From the NCBI GenBank assembly GCA_032718475.1, contig JAUCBJ010002195.1, positions 1 through 33,864 of the forward strand: a stretch of DNA of 33,864 bases, written 5' to 3'. Positions 1 to 9,156 of the stretch are shown piece by piece. The stretch comes from Nemertoderma westbladi. Lineage: Eukaryota > Animalia > Xenacoelomorpha. Numbering within the stretch: position 1 is the stretch's first letter; each line of letters starts with the position of its first letter. The notes beneath the pieces were generated by a model that saw only the letters and a program-made list of their open reading frames with translations, was not told where the DNA came from and did not search any database. The translations under genes were made by a program, and so were the position numbers.

Positions 1-1294
1 TATCAACAATATACCCCAATAGGATTAAGAACATCGAACCCCCTGGACGAGAACAGGTCGTGCGACACGGAAATATGGAGGGGGCCGTTACCCCCAATGA
101 TATATCCGACGCAACAGAAAAGAACAACAGATAGGACGAACGGACCACACCCAATAGGAGAGTCTGTACAGCATCCCTCGAACCCATTGGAAGCACAGAC
201 AATGGGAATGGCGACGCTAATCGATGCATTAAAGACCAGGATCGAGTTACCACCAGTCGAGCCATTTAAATTCGACGGAAGTAGGCCGGAAGAATACCTG
301 CAATTCCGACGCATGTACAGCAACGAGATATTAAGTAAGAACTTGACGCAGGCGGAGTGCCTAAAATATCTACAGGTGTATACGGGAGGCCCAGCATACG
401 ACATCGTGAGGCAGTACCAGGGCATCGAGGGCGGCTTCACGACTGCATGGCGGGCGTTAGACAGGGAGTACGGGCACCCAGCCAAGATCATCCGGCAAAC
501 CCTGAGAGGCATAACATCGGGTGGCCTACAGGATAATCCCATTAGCATAAAGACCTTTGCAAACAAGGTCGAGAAGGCGTTAATCGTGTTAAAGACACTA
601 GACGCGCCATACAAACTCAACGCATCTAATAACATCACCACTATAGCGCAGGCACTGCCGATCTGGCTGCGGAGAAAGTGGAGGAAGATCGCCTTCTCCA
701 CTCGAGAGAGAAGTAGGGTGCGGAACCGGGCCTAGAAGAAATGTCGAGCTTCCTGAACTATGAAGCCGAATTAATTACAGACCCAGTCTATAGTGAGGAT
801 AGTTTGGGGAACGCACCAAAGACCGAATACAACAGGCCTGGACCCGAACATAATCCGACGGATCCATTCTCGAGAGTAAGACAGTCGCTACCACACGCGG
901 CCACACAGGGGACTGCTAGCCCACAGTTAGCTGGGAGTAGGGCCACACCGTGGCAGGGACAGAAAGAAAATAACACCATAAATAAACATAATCCCAACAT
1001 ACCCAGTAGGCCGAGTCTAGACAACCAAAACACTAAATCGGTACATATAAACCTACGCGCGATACGTGAGGGACTATACAGGGAACGCTATAATCCAGGA
1101 TTCGAATGTCAATTACACCGGGACGGAACCCATAAGACCAGGAGTTGTAAGCACTGGCAAGCGTTGCCCAAACAAGATCGTGTAGCCTATCACAGACGCA
1201 AACGGACTATGTCATCGATGTGTGGTAGAAGGACACAGATCCGGAGAGTGTAGAGAAACAGCAGTTAAGAGAGTCCGAGACTGGAGGCCAAACA
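1..1294 (+). pseudogene. gag: BEL/Pao Gag (DUF1759-like capsid region plus zinc knuckles), split by frameshifts near ~725 and ~1195
   Basis: Frame 1 is open from base 1: IELPPVEPFKFDGSRPEEYLQF...LKYLQVYTGGPAYDIV...LDREYGHP. The next frame gives PGLEEMSSFLNYEAELITDPVYS and CQLHRDGTHKTRSC. The next gives GLCHRCVVEGHRSGEC (CX2CX4HX4C). Confidence 0.85.
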
Positions 1295-1850
1295 ATGGCT
1301 ACAAGCACTGCAGTGGCAAGAAAGAAGAGAAAAGTACTACTCGGGGTAGTACCAGTGAAGATATCAGGAGAGGGCGGTCGATCAGTAACGACATTAATGC
1401 TGGTCGACAGCGGAGCAGCCTTCACGCTGGTGGAGAACTGGGTGGCCGAAGAGATAGGGCTAAAGACGAGGCCGAATAGAATGGCGGTAACTACCGTCTC
1501 GAGTAAAGATGAGGTCCTGGAGACGAGGACGGGGCGGTGCAGGATAGCAGCGATTGCACCGGGATGCGACTATGGGGCGACGATCGACCCCATCCACGTC
1601 ATAGAATCGATAAATATCAACGCCAGGCGACCAACCAACATTGAGGTCGAGCAGTATAGATTCCTGGACGGTATCGATTTCTCAATACCAAAGGTGGACG
1701 TTAGGAAGGTGTCCATTATAGTAGGAATGGACTGCCCGACGGCCCACGAGAGAACACAGACGGTCTTCGGCGAAGACAGGCAGCGGGACCCGACGGCGAT
1801 CCTCACGCCGTTCGGATGGACGCTTAGCGGCCCAGTTAAAACCAAGATCC
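1295..1850 (+). pseudogene. BEL/Pao aspartic protease (DUF1758-like), frameshifted relative to gag
   Basis: VLLGVVPVKI...MLVDSGAAFTLV (catalytic DSG), then VSIIVGMD and PTAILTPFGWTLSGP, as is typical of BEL/Pao proteases. Confidence 0.85.
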
Positions 1851-1851
1851 C

Positions 1852-2397
1852 ATGCAGTGTGACAGAGACATCAGGGTGCATGTTACCAGGCACCGTAGAC
1901 GCAGAGGACGAAGAGGAGAAACAGGAGATAGTAGAGCCAGACAGGGAAGTAACAGTAAGGAGATTGGGCGGAGGAGAAGTAGATTTCCCAGCAAGTATCG
2001 GTATGGAGATGGAGAGGAGCGGACGGCGAGATGTCCGGAGGACAACACTCCGGAGGAGTGTCCGGTGGAGTGTCAGGAGGACAATAGTCCGGAGGAGTGT
2101 CCAGAGGAGTGTCCGGAAGAGACGCCGGTCCGGTTGAGAGGCATACCGACAAGGGGGAAGTCGAGAAGGAAGACAGGATGGAAAGGGATAGGACTACTAT
2201 TGTACCTTCTGTTTTGCCTGTTCTTTCACTTTCTATTCATTCTGCCGCCGGGAGATAACAAGGTGGGAGGTGGCATTTTGATGCCAGGAGACGAGATAGT
2301 TAAGAAGGCGGCGGAGAGACCCGATTTCAGGGTGGCGAAGAGGGAGAACCAATTCCTGGTGAGTTGGAATTGGCGAGGAGAGTGCGGCGAAGACTAA
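1852..2397 (+). CDS. Element-borne ORF: acidic CPEE repeats, basic cluster, one predicted transmembrane/signal-anchor helix; possibly the frameshifted C-terminus of the Gag-PR polyprotein
   Basis: CPEDNTPEECPVECQEDNSPEECPEECPEE, then RGKSRRK, then GIGLLLYLLFCLFFHFLFIL; stop at 2395-2397. The true start is uncertain. Confidence 0.45.
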   Translation: MQCDRDIRVHVTRHRRRRGRRGETGDSRARQGSNSKEIGRRRSRFPSKYRYGDGEERTARCPEDNTPEECPVECQEDNSPEECPEECPEETPVRLRGIPTRGKSRRKTGWKGIGLLLYLLFCLFFHFLFILPPGDNKVGGGILMPGDEIVKKAAERPDFRVAKRENQFLVSWNWRGECGED

Positions 2398-2656
2398 GAG
2401 GACGCTACAGGGGGCAGTGGGAGAGTGCCTCTTGGAAGAATCGCACTAGTTAGGTGAAGTTTAGTCGTCCAATATTTTGGACTGAGGGGGGTGGGAATGA
2501 GGGCGAGACACCCTTCCCACAAAAATTAATTATTTAATTTAAATAAATAATAATAAATAATTAAATAATTAAAAATAAGACAGTTAGTAGAAGTTAGAAG
2601 TAGTAGAGAGTATAGTAAGTAGAAGTTAGGTTAGAAGGCGGCAGGGTAAAGGGAGT

Positions 2657-3361
2657 ATGGCATATTGTCATGCCACGAGTAGTAGTAGGGGGGTTGTGGG
2701 CACCGTAAGCGCCACGTAGAAGGAGAGTAGAGTTAGAAGGCGGCGGGGTAAGGGAGTGTGGCATATTGTCATGCCACGAGCAGTAGTGAAGGCGGCGGGG
2801 TAAGGGAGTGTGGCATATTGTCATGCCACGAGTTGTAGTAGGGGGGTTGTGGGCACCGTAAGCGCCACGTAGAAAGCAGTAGTAGAGTGGTTGTGGGCAC
2901 CGGAAGCGCCACGTAGATGGAAGTAGCAGAGTGGTTGTGGGCACCGGAAGCGCCACGTAGATGGAAGTAGTAGTAAAGGGGTTGTGGGCACCCTAAGCGC
3001 CACGTAGTTAGAAGAGTGGGTAGAGTTAGAGAGTTCTAGTTAGAGGGCTAGGGAGTCAGTAGACTTAGAGGAGTCGAGTAGAGTTAGTAGAGTTAGAGGT
3101 AGTAGCAGAGTAGAAGTAGTAGTAGAGTGGTTGTGGGCACCGCAAGCGCCACGTAGACGGAAGTTAGTAGTAAGCAGAGTGGTTGTGGGCACCGCAAGCG
3201 CCACGTAGAGAGTAGAAAGGAGTAGACTAAGTAGAGTTAGAGTTAGTAGAGAGTTAGAGGGTTTTAGTTAGAGTTAGTGAGTAGAATGGTTGTGGGCACC
3301 GCAAGCGCCACGTAGATGGGGGTAGTAGCAGAGGGTTGTGGGCACCCTAAGCGCCACGTAG
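2657..3361. repeat. Array of two hairpin-forming repeats separated by purine-rich spacers, inside the LTR element
   Basis: Nine copies of GGTTGTGGGCACC(G/C)NAAGCGCCACGTAG with cores starting at 2696, 2849, 2893, 2937, 2984, 3133, 3185, 3292 and 3338. Three copies of (G/A)TGGCATATTGTCATGCCAC at 2657, 2758 and 2810. Confidence 0.95.
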
Positions 3362-3720
3362 TTGGAGAGTTGGTAAGAGTTAGAGAGAGTTAGTAGAAGT
3401 AGAGAGTTAGTAGGAGTTAGTAGACTTAGTAGAGTTAGGAGTTAGAGACTTAGAAGAGTTAGTAGGAGTTAGTTAGACTTAGTAGAGCTAGTTAGAGTCG
3501 GAGAGTTAGTAGAGAGTAAGAGAGTTAGATAGTTAGCAGGTAAGTAGTAGGTAGATAGTATGATAGCACAGGGGTAGCATTAGAGATTAGGGCCTTAAGG
3601 AGTGGTAGAGAGTAGAGAGGAGTATGGAGAGAAGTTAGAGTGCGATTCAGGTGTGGGGAGAGTGTAAGAGTGGGGAGAGAGTAAGAGGGGAATTAGAGCG
3701 GAGTTAGTTAGAGTGGCGAG
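3362..3720 (+). repeat. C-depleted low-complexity tract (AGTTAG/AGTAG/GAGA units)
   Basis: Irregular reiteration of GTTAG, GTAG and GAGA with very few C on the + strand. Confidence 0.8.
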
Positions 3721-3933
3721 AGTGTTGGGGAAACAAAAATTGTGTGAGAGAAGCGCACGATCGGCCCGACACGAGACGCCAGAGGGTAGTGACATCATAC
3801 CCATAGGGAGCGGCCGCCTGGAAAGCCGACTCCAAGAAAATAACTCCACCCCACACCCGATAATAGATCGAGTTCCAGCGGAATTGAAGCGCACTTTGAG
3901 GTTGATGCTATCCTCTCACCGGGAAGATAGCAT

Positions 3934-3943
3934 GGGGGGGGAG
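3934..3943 (+). promoter_or_regulatory. Polypurine tract (plus-strand primer)
   Basis: GGGGGGGGAG lies directly before the TGTGAG LTR start, the usual BEL/Pao PPT-LTR junction. Confidence 0.75.
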
Positions 3944-4559
3944 TGTGAGCGGATTCAATTCCGCCACATCTAACCCCCATAAAGTGGGAAAGAGCGCCTC
4001 TAAGCAATATTGGGAGCACGAGGTTGATTACCAATCAACCTCGTGTCACCCCAGTAAACGGGGACAATAGGCCCCAGAGAACACACACACAATAGGGGTC
4101 AGGGGTTACACCCCTGAGAGAGAGGAAAGTAACAGCAGCGGGGGGGGGGGGGGGGGGGGGGGGAAACACCCCCGCAGGGCAGAGGGTGTGAAATAGGGTT
4201 ATTAGCCAATGGGGGGAAAGCATCGACTGAGTAACACCACGTGGCCAACCGTGCAATATATATTACCAGTCATCATGTTATCCCATTCACTCTTAGTTAG
4301 TCAGTTAGTTAGGGTGGTACGGGAACTCTTAACACCGTCCCCGTCCACTGCTATCAGCCTCCGTCCCCGTCCACTGATATCAGCCTATCTTATTCAGTGC
4401 ATTACCGGTACTTATTCACCTGTGCTTATTTCCATCTTATCTATATATCTATACATACACGGATCAACATCAGAACTCTTTCAGCCTTTTCACATACACG
4501 GCGGGGACGCGTAGTCAAGATAACCGGATAAACCGGGATCATCGGTGGATCCCGTCACA
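3944..4559 (+). repeat. 3' LTR (~616 bp)
   Basis: Starts TGTGAGCGGAT and ends ATCCCGTCACA (imperfect terminal inverted repeat, TGT...ACA). Includes a 26-bp internal tandem duplication at ~4335-4386 and a TATA-like AATATATATT at ~4255. The partner LTR is not in the window. Confidence 0.75.
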
Positions 4560-5533
4560 AACAAACAATGAAAATCTGTTCCTAATAATTATTTAATTAG
4601 TTAGGCCAACATATATCCTGTCTAAATCAAAATAATAATACCGAAATAAAACGTGATGCATTTTGCTCCACCGTCAATTAATTTAAACAATGAAAAGGAA
4701 CAAGACAATCTTTTTTAATCTTCTTCTATAATATTTAACGTCCACATCCGCTGTACAACGAATAGGTCATTAAATTACTTTATTAGAATAAACCAAATTA
4801 AATATAAAGTTTAAAATTAAAAAAAAAATCACTCTACGGCATAAAATTTATGTTTCGACCAAAATCACGATTGTAAAACATCCCGCATAGCAGCATAACA
4901 TATTCAACAATAACAATCAATAACTAAGGGGCGAGCCACGAAGTGAATGAACCTTACAGTTTAGAATGGACAAATTGGCATTGTCCCTCTCTCTGCCTGG
5001 ATCAAATTTCGATCGTCAATATCTCATTAACAGCTCGTGTAGTTAGTGCAACGGGATCAGACATTTCGGGATTTCCACTCCCGGGATCCCGAATTTGGGA
5101 ATCGGGATAATTTCGAATTAAATTTTAATTAATTATATATATGAAACGGGTTTTGGGTAACTTTATATCTCTTTCCAAAATCTTTTGTTCAGAGTTGGCT
5201 ATACAAAGAGCAATCAATGTTTACCAAAATTAATATATTCAAACATTTGCGTACATTGCCTATTTGGTCGGTTCTAAAACTGTATGCTACGCTAAGGTTC
5301 AATGACCTTGTGTGCTCTAACTCCGTACAAGGTGTACTTAGTAATTACAATAATAGAATAATACAAACCAACCGCTACCAAATTAATTGGCGAAATAAAT
5401 TACAAACAGCATCTACTACCCTAAATCCAAGTTCTATGTGATACTATTTCAGCACCGATTGATATACTGTAAAATACATACATAAATAATTAATACCTAT
5501 TAATACATAATTACTGAATTCAATATATTAAAA

Positions 5534-6423
5534 CCCTTAAACTGGTGGAAACTCATATGAGTTTTGGGAGGGCCAATTCCGCTTGGTGGGAATTTTTCCA
5601 ATGGTAGTATCTGACTTGGTGAAAACTCATATATGAGTTTATGGACTTGGTAGAGAAGAGATTATATTTTTTTCCTATTCCTCCTTGGTGAGAGTTTTTC
5701 TTATATTTATAAAGGTAAAAAAAATTAAATAGTATATAATAAAATAGTAATAAATATATAAGTAATAAATAAATAGTAAATTAAAGAATTGAATGCGGAA
5801 TTATGTCAGTTTGGAATTCAGAAAAAGAAAGGCTTGAAAATTATTCGTACAATCTATGAAAATTATTCGTAACAATGTATGAATGTAAAAATGTAAGTGT
5901 TGAATTTTTTTTATCGAATAAGACTAATTAATAATTATTTTTGTAATAAATAGCTGCGAATTAGTAAATTAGCGATATACTGCGTAATATATATATCATC
6001 TGAAAGAGGAGAAAATGACCTACATACAGTTTGTTTCGGTGACTTATAACAATGAAACGGCCATTATTTGAAATTTGACAATTTTCCCACGTTTTACTAC
6101 CGTGTTGTTTAGCATCGTCTGGAGTCAATTCAACTACTGTTGTAAAGGTCATCAACAGCCCAATACAATGGGCCTGGTGACGTTGACAGAAAAGTCAATG
6201 CTACCTTCCTGGCAGGCAGATGATAAACAAAAGTATAGCCGAAACTCATATGTGAGTTGAAACCAAGTCAGAACGGTTTTATTGTAACTCATATGAGTTT
6301 TCACCCAGTCAGAATAGATTGAAGGAAAAGTTCCCACCAAGTAGAATTTACTCTCATTAAACTCATATTTGAGTTTTTACCAAGTGGAAATACGTTTTAG
6401 AAAAATCCTCACCAGTTTAAGGG
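5534..6423. mobile_element. piggyBac-like non-autonomous element (MITE), 890 bp
   Basis: Perfect 14-bp TIR CCCTTAAACTGGTG / CACCAGTTTAAGGG. TTAA follows on the right (6424-6427); the left flank reads TTAAAA. The palindrome AACTCATATGAGTT and variants recur near both ends. Confidence 0.85.
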
Positions 6424-7460
6424 TTAATTATTACAAGACAGCTATAAAGATAGAGGTCACTGAATACGGTACTGGCCATGTTACAACTGGTAAAATCGAG
6501 TCCCAGAATATTATTATAAGACCTTTAATTTGGGAACAACAAACCCAACCCACTCCCCCCGAGTTCTTCTTTTAAATATTTACGAGATGTTTTCATTCAC
6601 TCCAAACGTTTTCTATCCGTAGAAGTGTGGCAATGCACTCTTTGATATTGCACTGCAGTAGAACAGCAGCTGTTACTTATAAAGTCGCACTTATAGAGTG
6701 ACATTATTTTAGTAACAATAAACAATATGTTGACTGGAAAACTGATGTTTTTGAGGTGTTTTGTTTATTATACATTTATTATTATATTTATTGTGATTTT
6801 TTTCTGCAAAATCATTTGAGATCAAGACCGTTAAGAACAGTTCCAATAATAAATAGGTATCGATGCAGGTTTTTTGAATATATATGTTAAATGTGTAACC
6901 ATGGGTCGGGCCTGCCATAATAGATAACAAACATAGGATTTTTAATAAAAATAACGAAATTTAATGTATTTATTTACAGATAAAGAACAACACCAGCTTT
7001 CCAATCATTTATATTCTTAGAAGAATTCATAGCCACAATGGAACGGGATAATAATTATTAAATTGTAGTCTTTCTACATTATATTATATTAATTATATTA
7101 TATTTGAAAATGATATATTGTATTTACTTATATAATGTCACATAATAATAATAATTAAACTGCATACCATTCATCTAACTCGATTAGGCTATTGTTCATA
7201 AACGAGAATACATAAATAATTTATTATTATTAAGAAAAGAATATAAATGCAAACGAACAAATAACTCATAAACTAATTCAATACATTACAAATTAATTAT
7301 TAAATATAATTAATTAATATCCATCAAAATGTTTAGCTTATTTATATACTCATATATTATTATACGATATAGAATATGAGAAATTAACTTTCCAAAAATA
7401 TAATATACCGGTAATAATGTAAGTTAAGAGGTTATAATATAATATAAGTAGTCCGAGCTG

Positions 7461-8708
7461 CTAGCTATTGTAAGTAGACGAAGGTGCATAAGGGGGTGGG
7501 TAATCACGACAACTTTGGTCGTACGAGGGAGGAGCGATTCGTTCAACCCCGTTGTAGATCATAGGTACATCGACGGTACTGCTGCGAGCGTCGACGGAGG
7601 TAGGACCGTTGATACTGCCGGTGGGACCGCGGGGTCGCCACGAGATGGTCCTACAGACCGGAGCCAACAGGTTGAATACGGAGCCGAGGAGAGCGAGAAA
7701 ACCCGCGAGTAGAAGAGTATAGAACCCGAAACCGAACCCAACGTGGGAAACACGGAAGCTGAAATCCGAGTTGGAGACACGCTGGAGTTTGTCGACTCGT
7801 ACGGAAGCCCAAAAGGTAAACGCCGAGGCGAGAACCACGTAACTAAGGGTTATGATCTCTAGAACCGCAAATTTGAATAAAGGTCGAAGGCATCGCTTCT
7901 TAGCGCCAAATAATGAAAGGAAGAATGCGAAAACCGCCGTGGCGATCGCTACAAAAACTGAGGAAGAAATTATACTGAATGCGGTTAATGTGTTGGAGTC
8001 CACACAGTTTATTAAAGTAACTTCGTAATGTGTTTGGTAAGCCGAGAGTCCGGGGTGTACGGAAAGGTTGCCGTGGTAATCGGTTACCCATTCACCACCA
8101 GCGAGGAACATTCTGGGTCCCAGACTGCGGGCGTTGCAGCCCTCGGGGGTGGAGGAAGGGACACGAATCCACGATCGCTGCGCTATGCACGCGCACAGCG
8201 CGAGGACGCACAATCCATTCACTACGGCCGCCGGGTAACTCTTAATGGGGGACTGCGACCGGGGCGGGTTGTTGTGGGGTCGGGTGATACTCCAGGGTGG
8301 GTTGGTACCCGGTGGGTTGGGGTGAGGGTTGTTAGGGGTCGCCAGATTGGAGTGGATTCGATGTGGGAAACCGAAGATGCGTCGCACGTTGGAAACCAAC
8401 CGGTTGCGTTTAGGGCGCCCCGAGTCCAGCTGATCACCACCCGGTTCCTCTACAACATCGGAAGTGAAGTCGACGCTCAGCTGGACGTTAGATTGCACGA
8501 CATTGTCTTCCTCGCCATCCAAGTGATCTATAAGGACATCCAAATCGTTATCGGTAAATAAGTCACGTGTCTGGGGGATCTCTTGTTGCCTTGACAGCGT
8601 TCGACTCTCCGCAGCCCCACAACTACACCGCAAGTCGGTCCTCCTCACATCCCGATTCAGAACTTGCCTATTCAGAAATTCGTTGAAGCATAACTCATCA
8701 GTTTCCAT
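7461..8708 (-). CDS. TMEM127: TMEM127-family multi-pass membrane protein with long N-terminal extension; single-exon ORF, 415 aa
   Basis: The motif series matches recalled TMEM127 architecture: LCVLALCACIAQRSWIRV...GCNARSLG...NCVDSNT...AFFLSLFGAKK...FAVLEIIT...FTFWAS...VGFGFGFYTL...GSVFNLL, ending in PPSY and PPPY motifs. Confidence 0.85.
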   Translation of the reverse strand: METDELCFNEFLNRQVLNRDVRRTDLRCSCGAAESRTLSRQQEIPQTRDLFTDNDLDVLIDHLDGEEDNVVQSNVQLSVDFTSDVVEEPGGDQLDSGRPKRNRLVSNVRRIFGFPHRIHSNLATPNNPHPNPPGTNPPWSITRPHNNPPRSQSPIKSYPAAVVNGLCVLALCACIAQRSWIRVPSSTPEGCNARSLGPRMFLAGGEWVTDYHGNLSVHPGLSAYQTHYEVTLINCVDSNTLTAFSIISSSVFVAIATAVFAFFLSLFGAKKRCLRPLFKFAVLEIITLSYVVLASAFTFWASVRVDKLQRVSNSDFSFRVSHVGFGFGFYTLLLAGFLALLGSVFNLLAPVCRTISWRPRGPTGSINGPTSVDARSSTVDVPMIYNGVERIAPPSYDQSCRDYPPPYAPSSTYNS

Positions 8709-9156
8709 TTATTAATTAAGTTATAACTCCAGAACTCTGTCAGTCTGTTAATTTTAAACTACAGAACTACTGAACTAGGGCTGCTTGCCTTGCGCTAGGA
8801 GATATGAGGAGGTGGACGCAGGGACGCCATTCCCTACCTGCTACAACTAACTTACAAAAAAACCTAACAGACCTAGCGGTACCTCACTTCAGCACTTTCA
8901 CTAATACAGTACGGTAAAAAATACTGTATTACCACGTCACTGCTGTACACTATTACAGGCATTATTATTATCAAGGATTTACATAGTGATAATAATCGAC
9001 ATACAGACATATTGTACACAAGTCCCTAAAAGGTGCCACCCTGCTCCATAGCGCGGGAAACTCAAATGATTGAAAGACATGTAATTTGTACTGGAAAGGG
9101 TGGCAGGCAAGGTGTACTAAATTTATTATTACTAAAATTATGTACTGTTTTGTTAA

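Larger units (their letters stand above)
1..4559 (+). mobile_element. BEL/Pao-type LTR retrotransposon, 3' part; apparently non-autonomous (gag-protease, no RT/RNase H/integrase)
   Basis: Contains BEL-like gag motifs, a CCHC knuckle and a DSG protease followed by TPFGWTLSGP. PPT GGGGGGGGAG abuts a TGT...ACA LTR. Composition drops abruptly to AT-rich DNA after 4559. The 5' end lies outside the window. Confidence 0.85.

Noticed and set aside
3-701. 232-aa minus-strand ORF, and other antisense ORFs over TMEM127, pogo and RRP12
   Set aside because: These are shadows of recognisable sense-strand genes, with no motifs of their own.
2594-3003. Repetitive minus-strand ORFs across the hairpin array
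   Set aside because: They are open mainly because that strand is G-poor and repetitive; repeat spacing does not preserve frame.
2692-3361. CRISPR array
   Set aside because: The repeats are 28 nt and hairpin-like, but the spacers are low-complexity, related to each other and very uneven in length. No cas genes are present and the context is a eukaryotic LTR element.
3362-3720. Telomeric repeat (TTAGG/TTAGGG)
   Set aside because: TTAG is frequent but there is no regular tandem unit, and the tract is internal to the retroelement.
3713-3973. Integrase C-terminal remnant before the PPT
   Set aside because: There is only a faint resemblance (RVVTSYP* in an alternative frame), which is not enough without an HMM search.
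5041-5120. hAT-like end with CGGGAT repeats
   Set aside because: No partner TIR or TSD was found, so it is at most a fragment.
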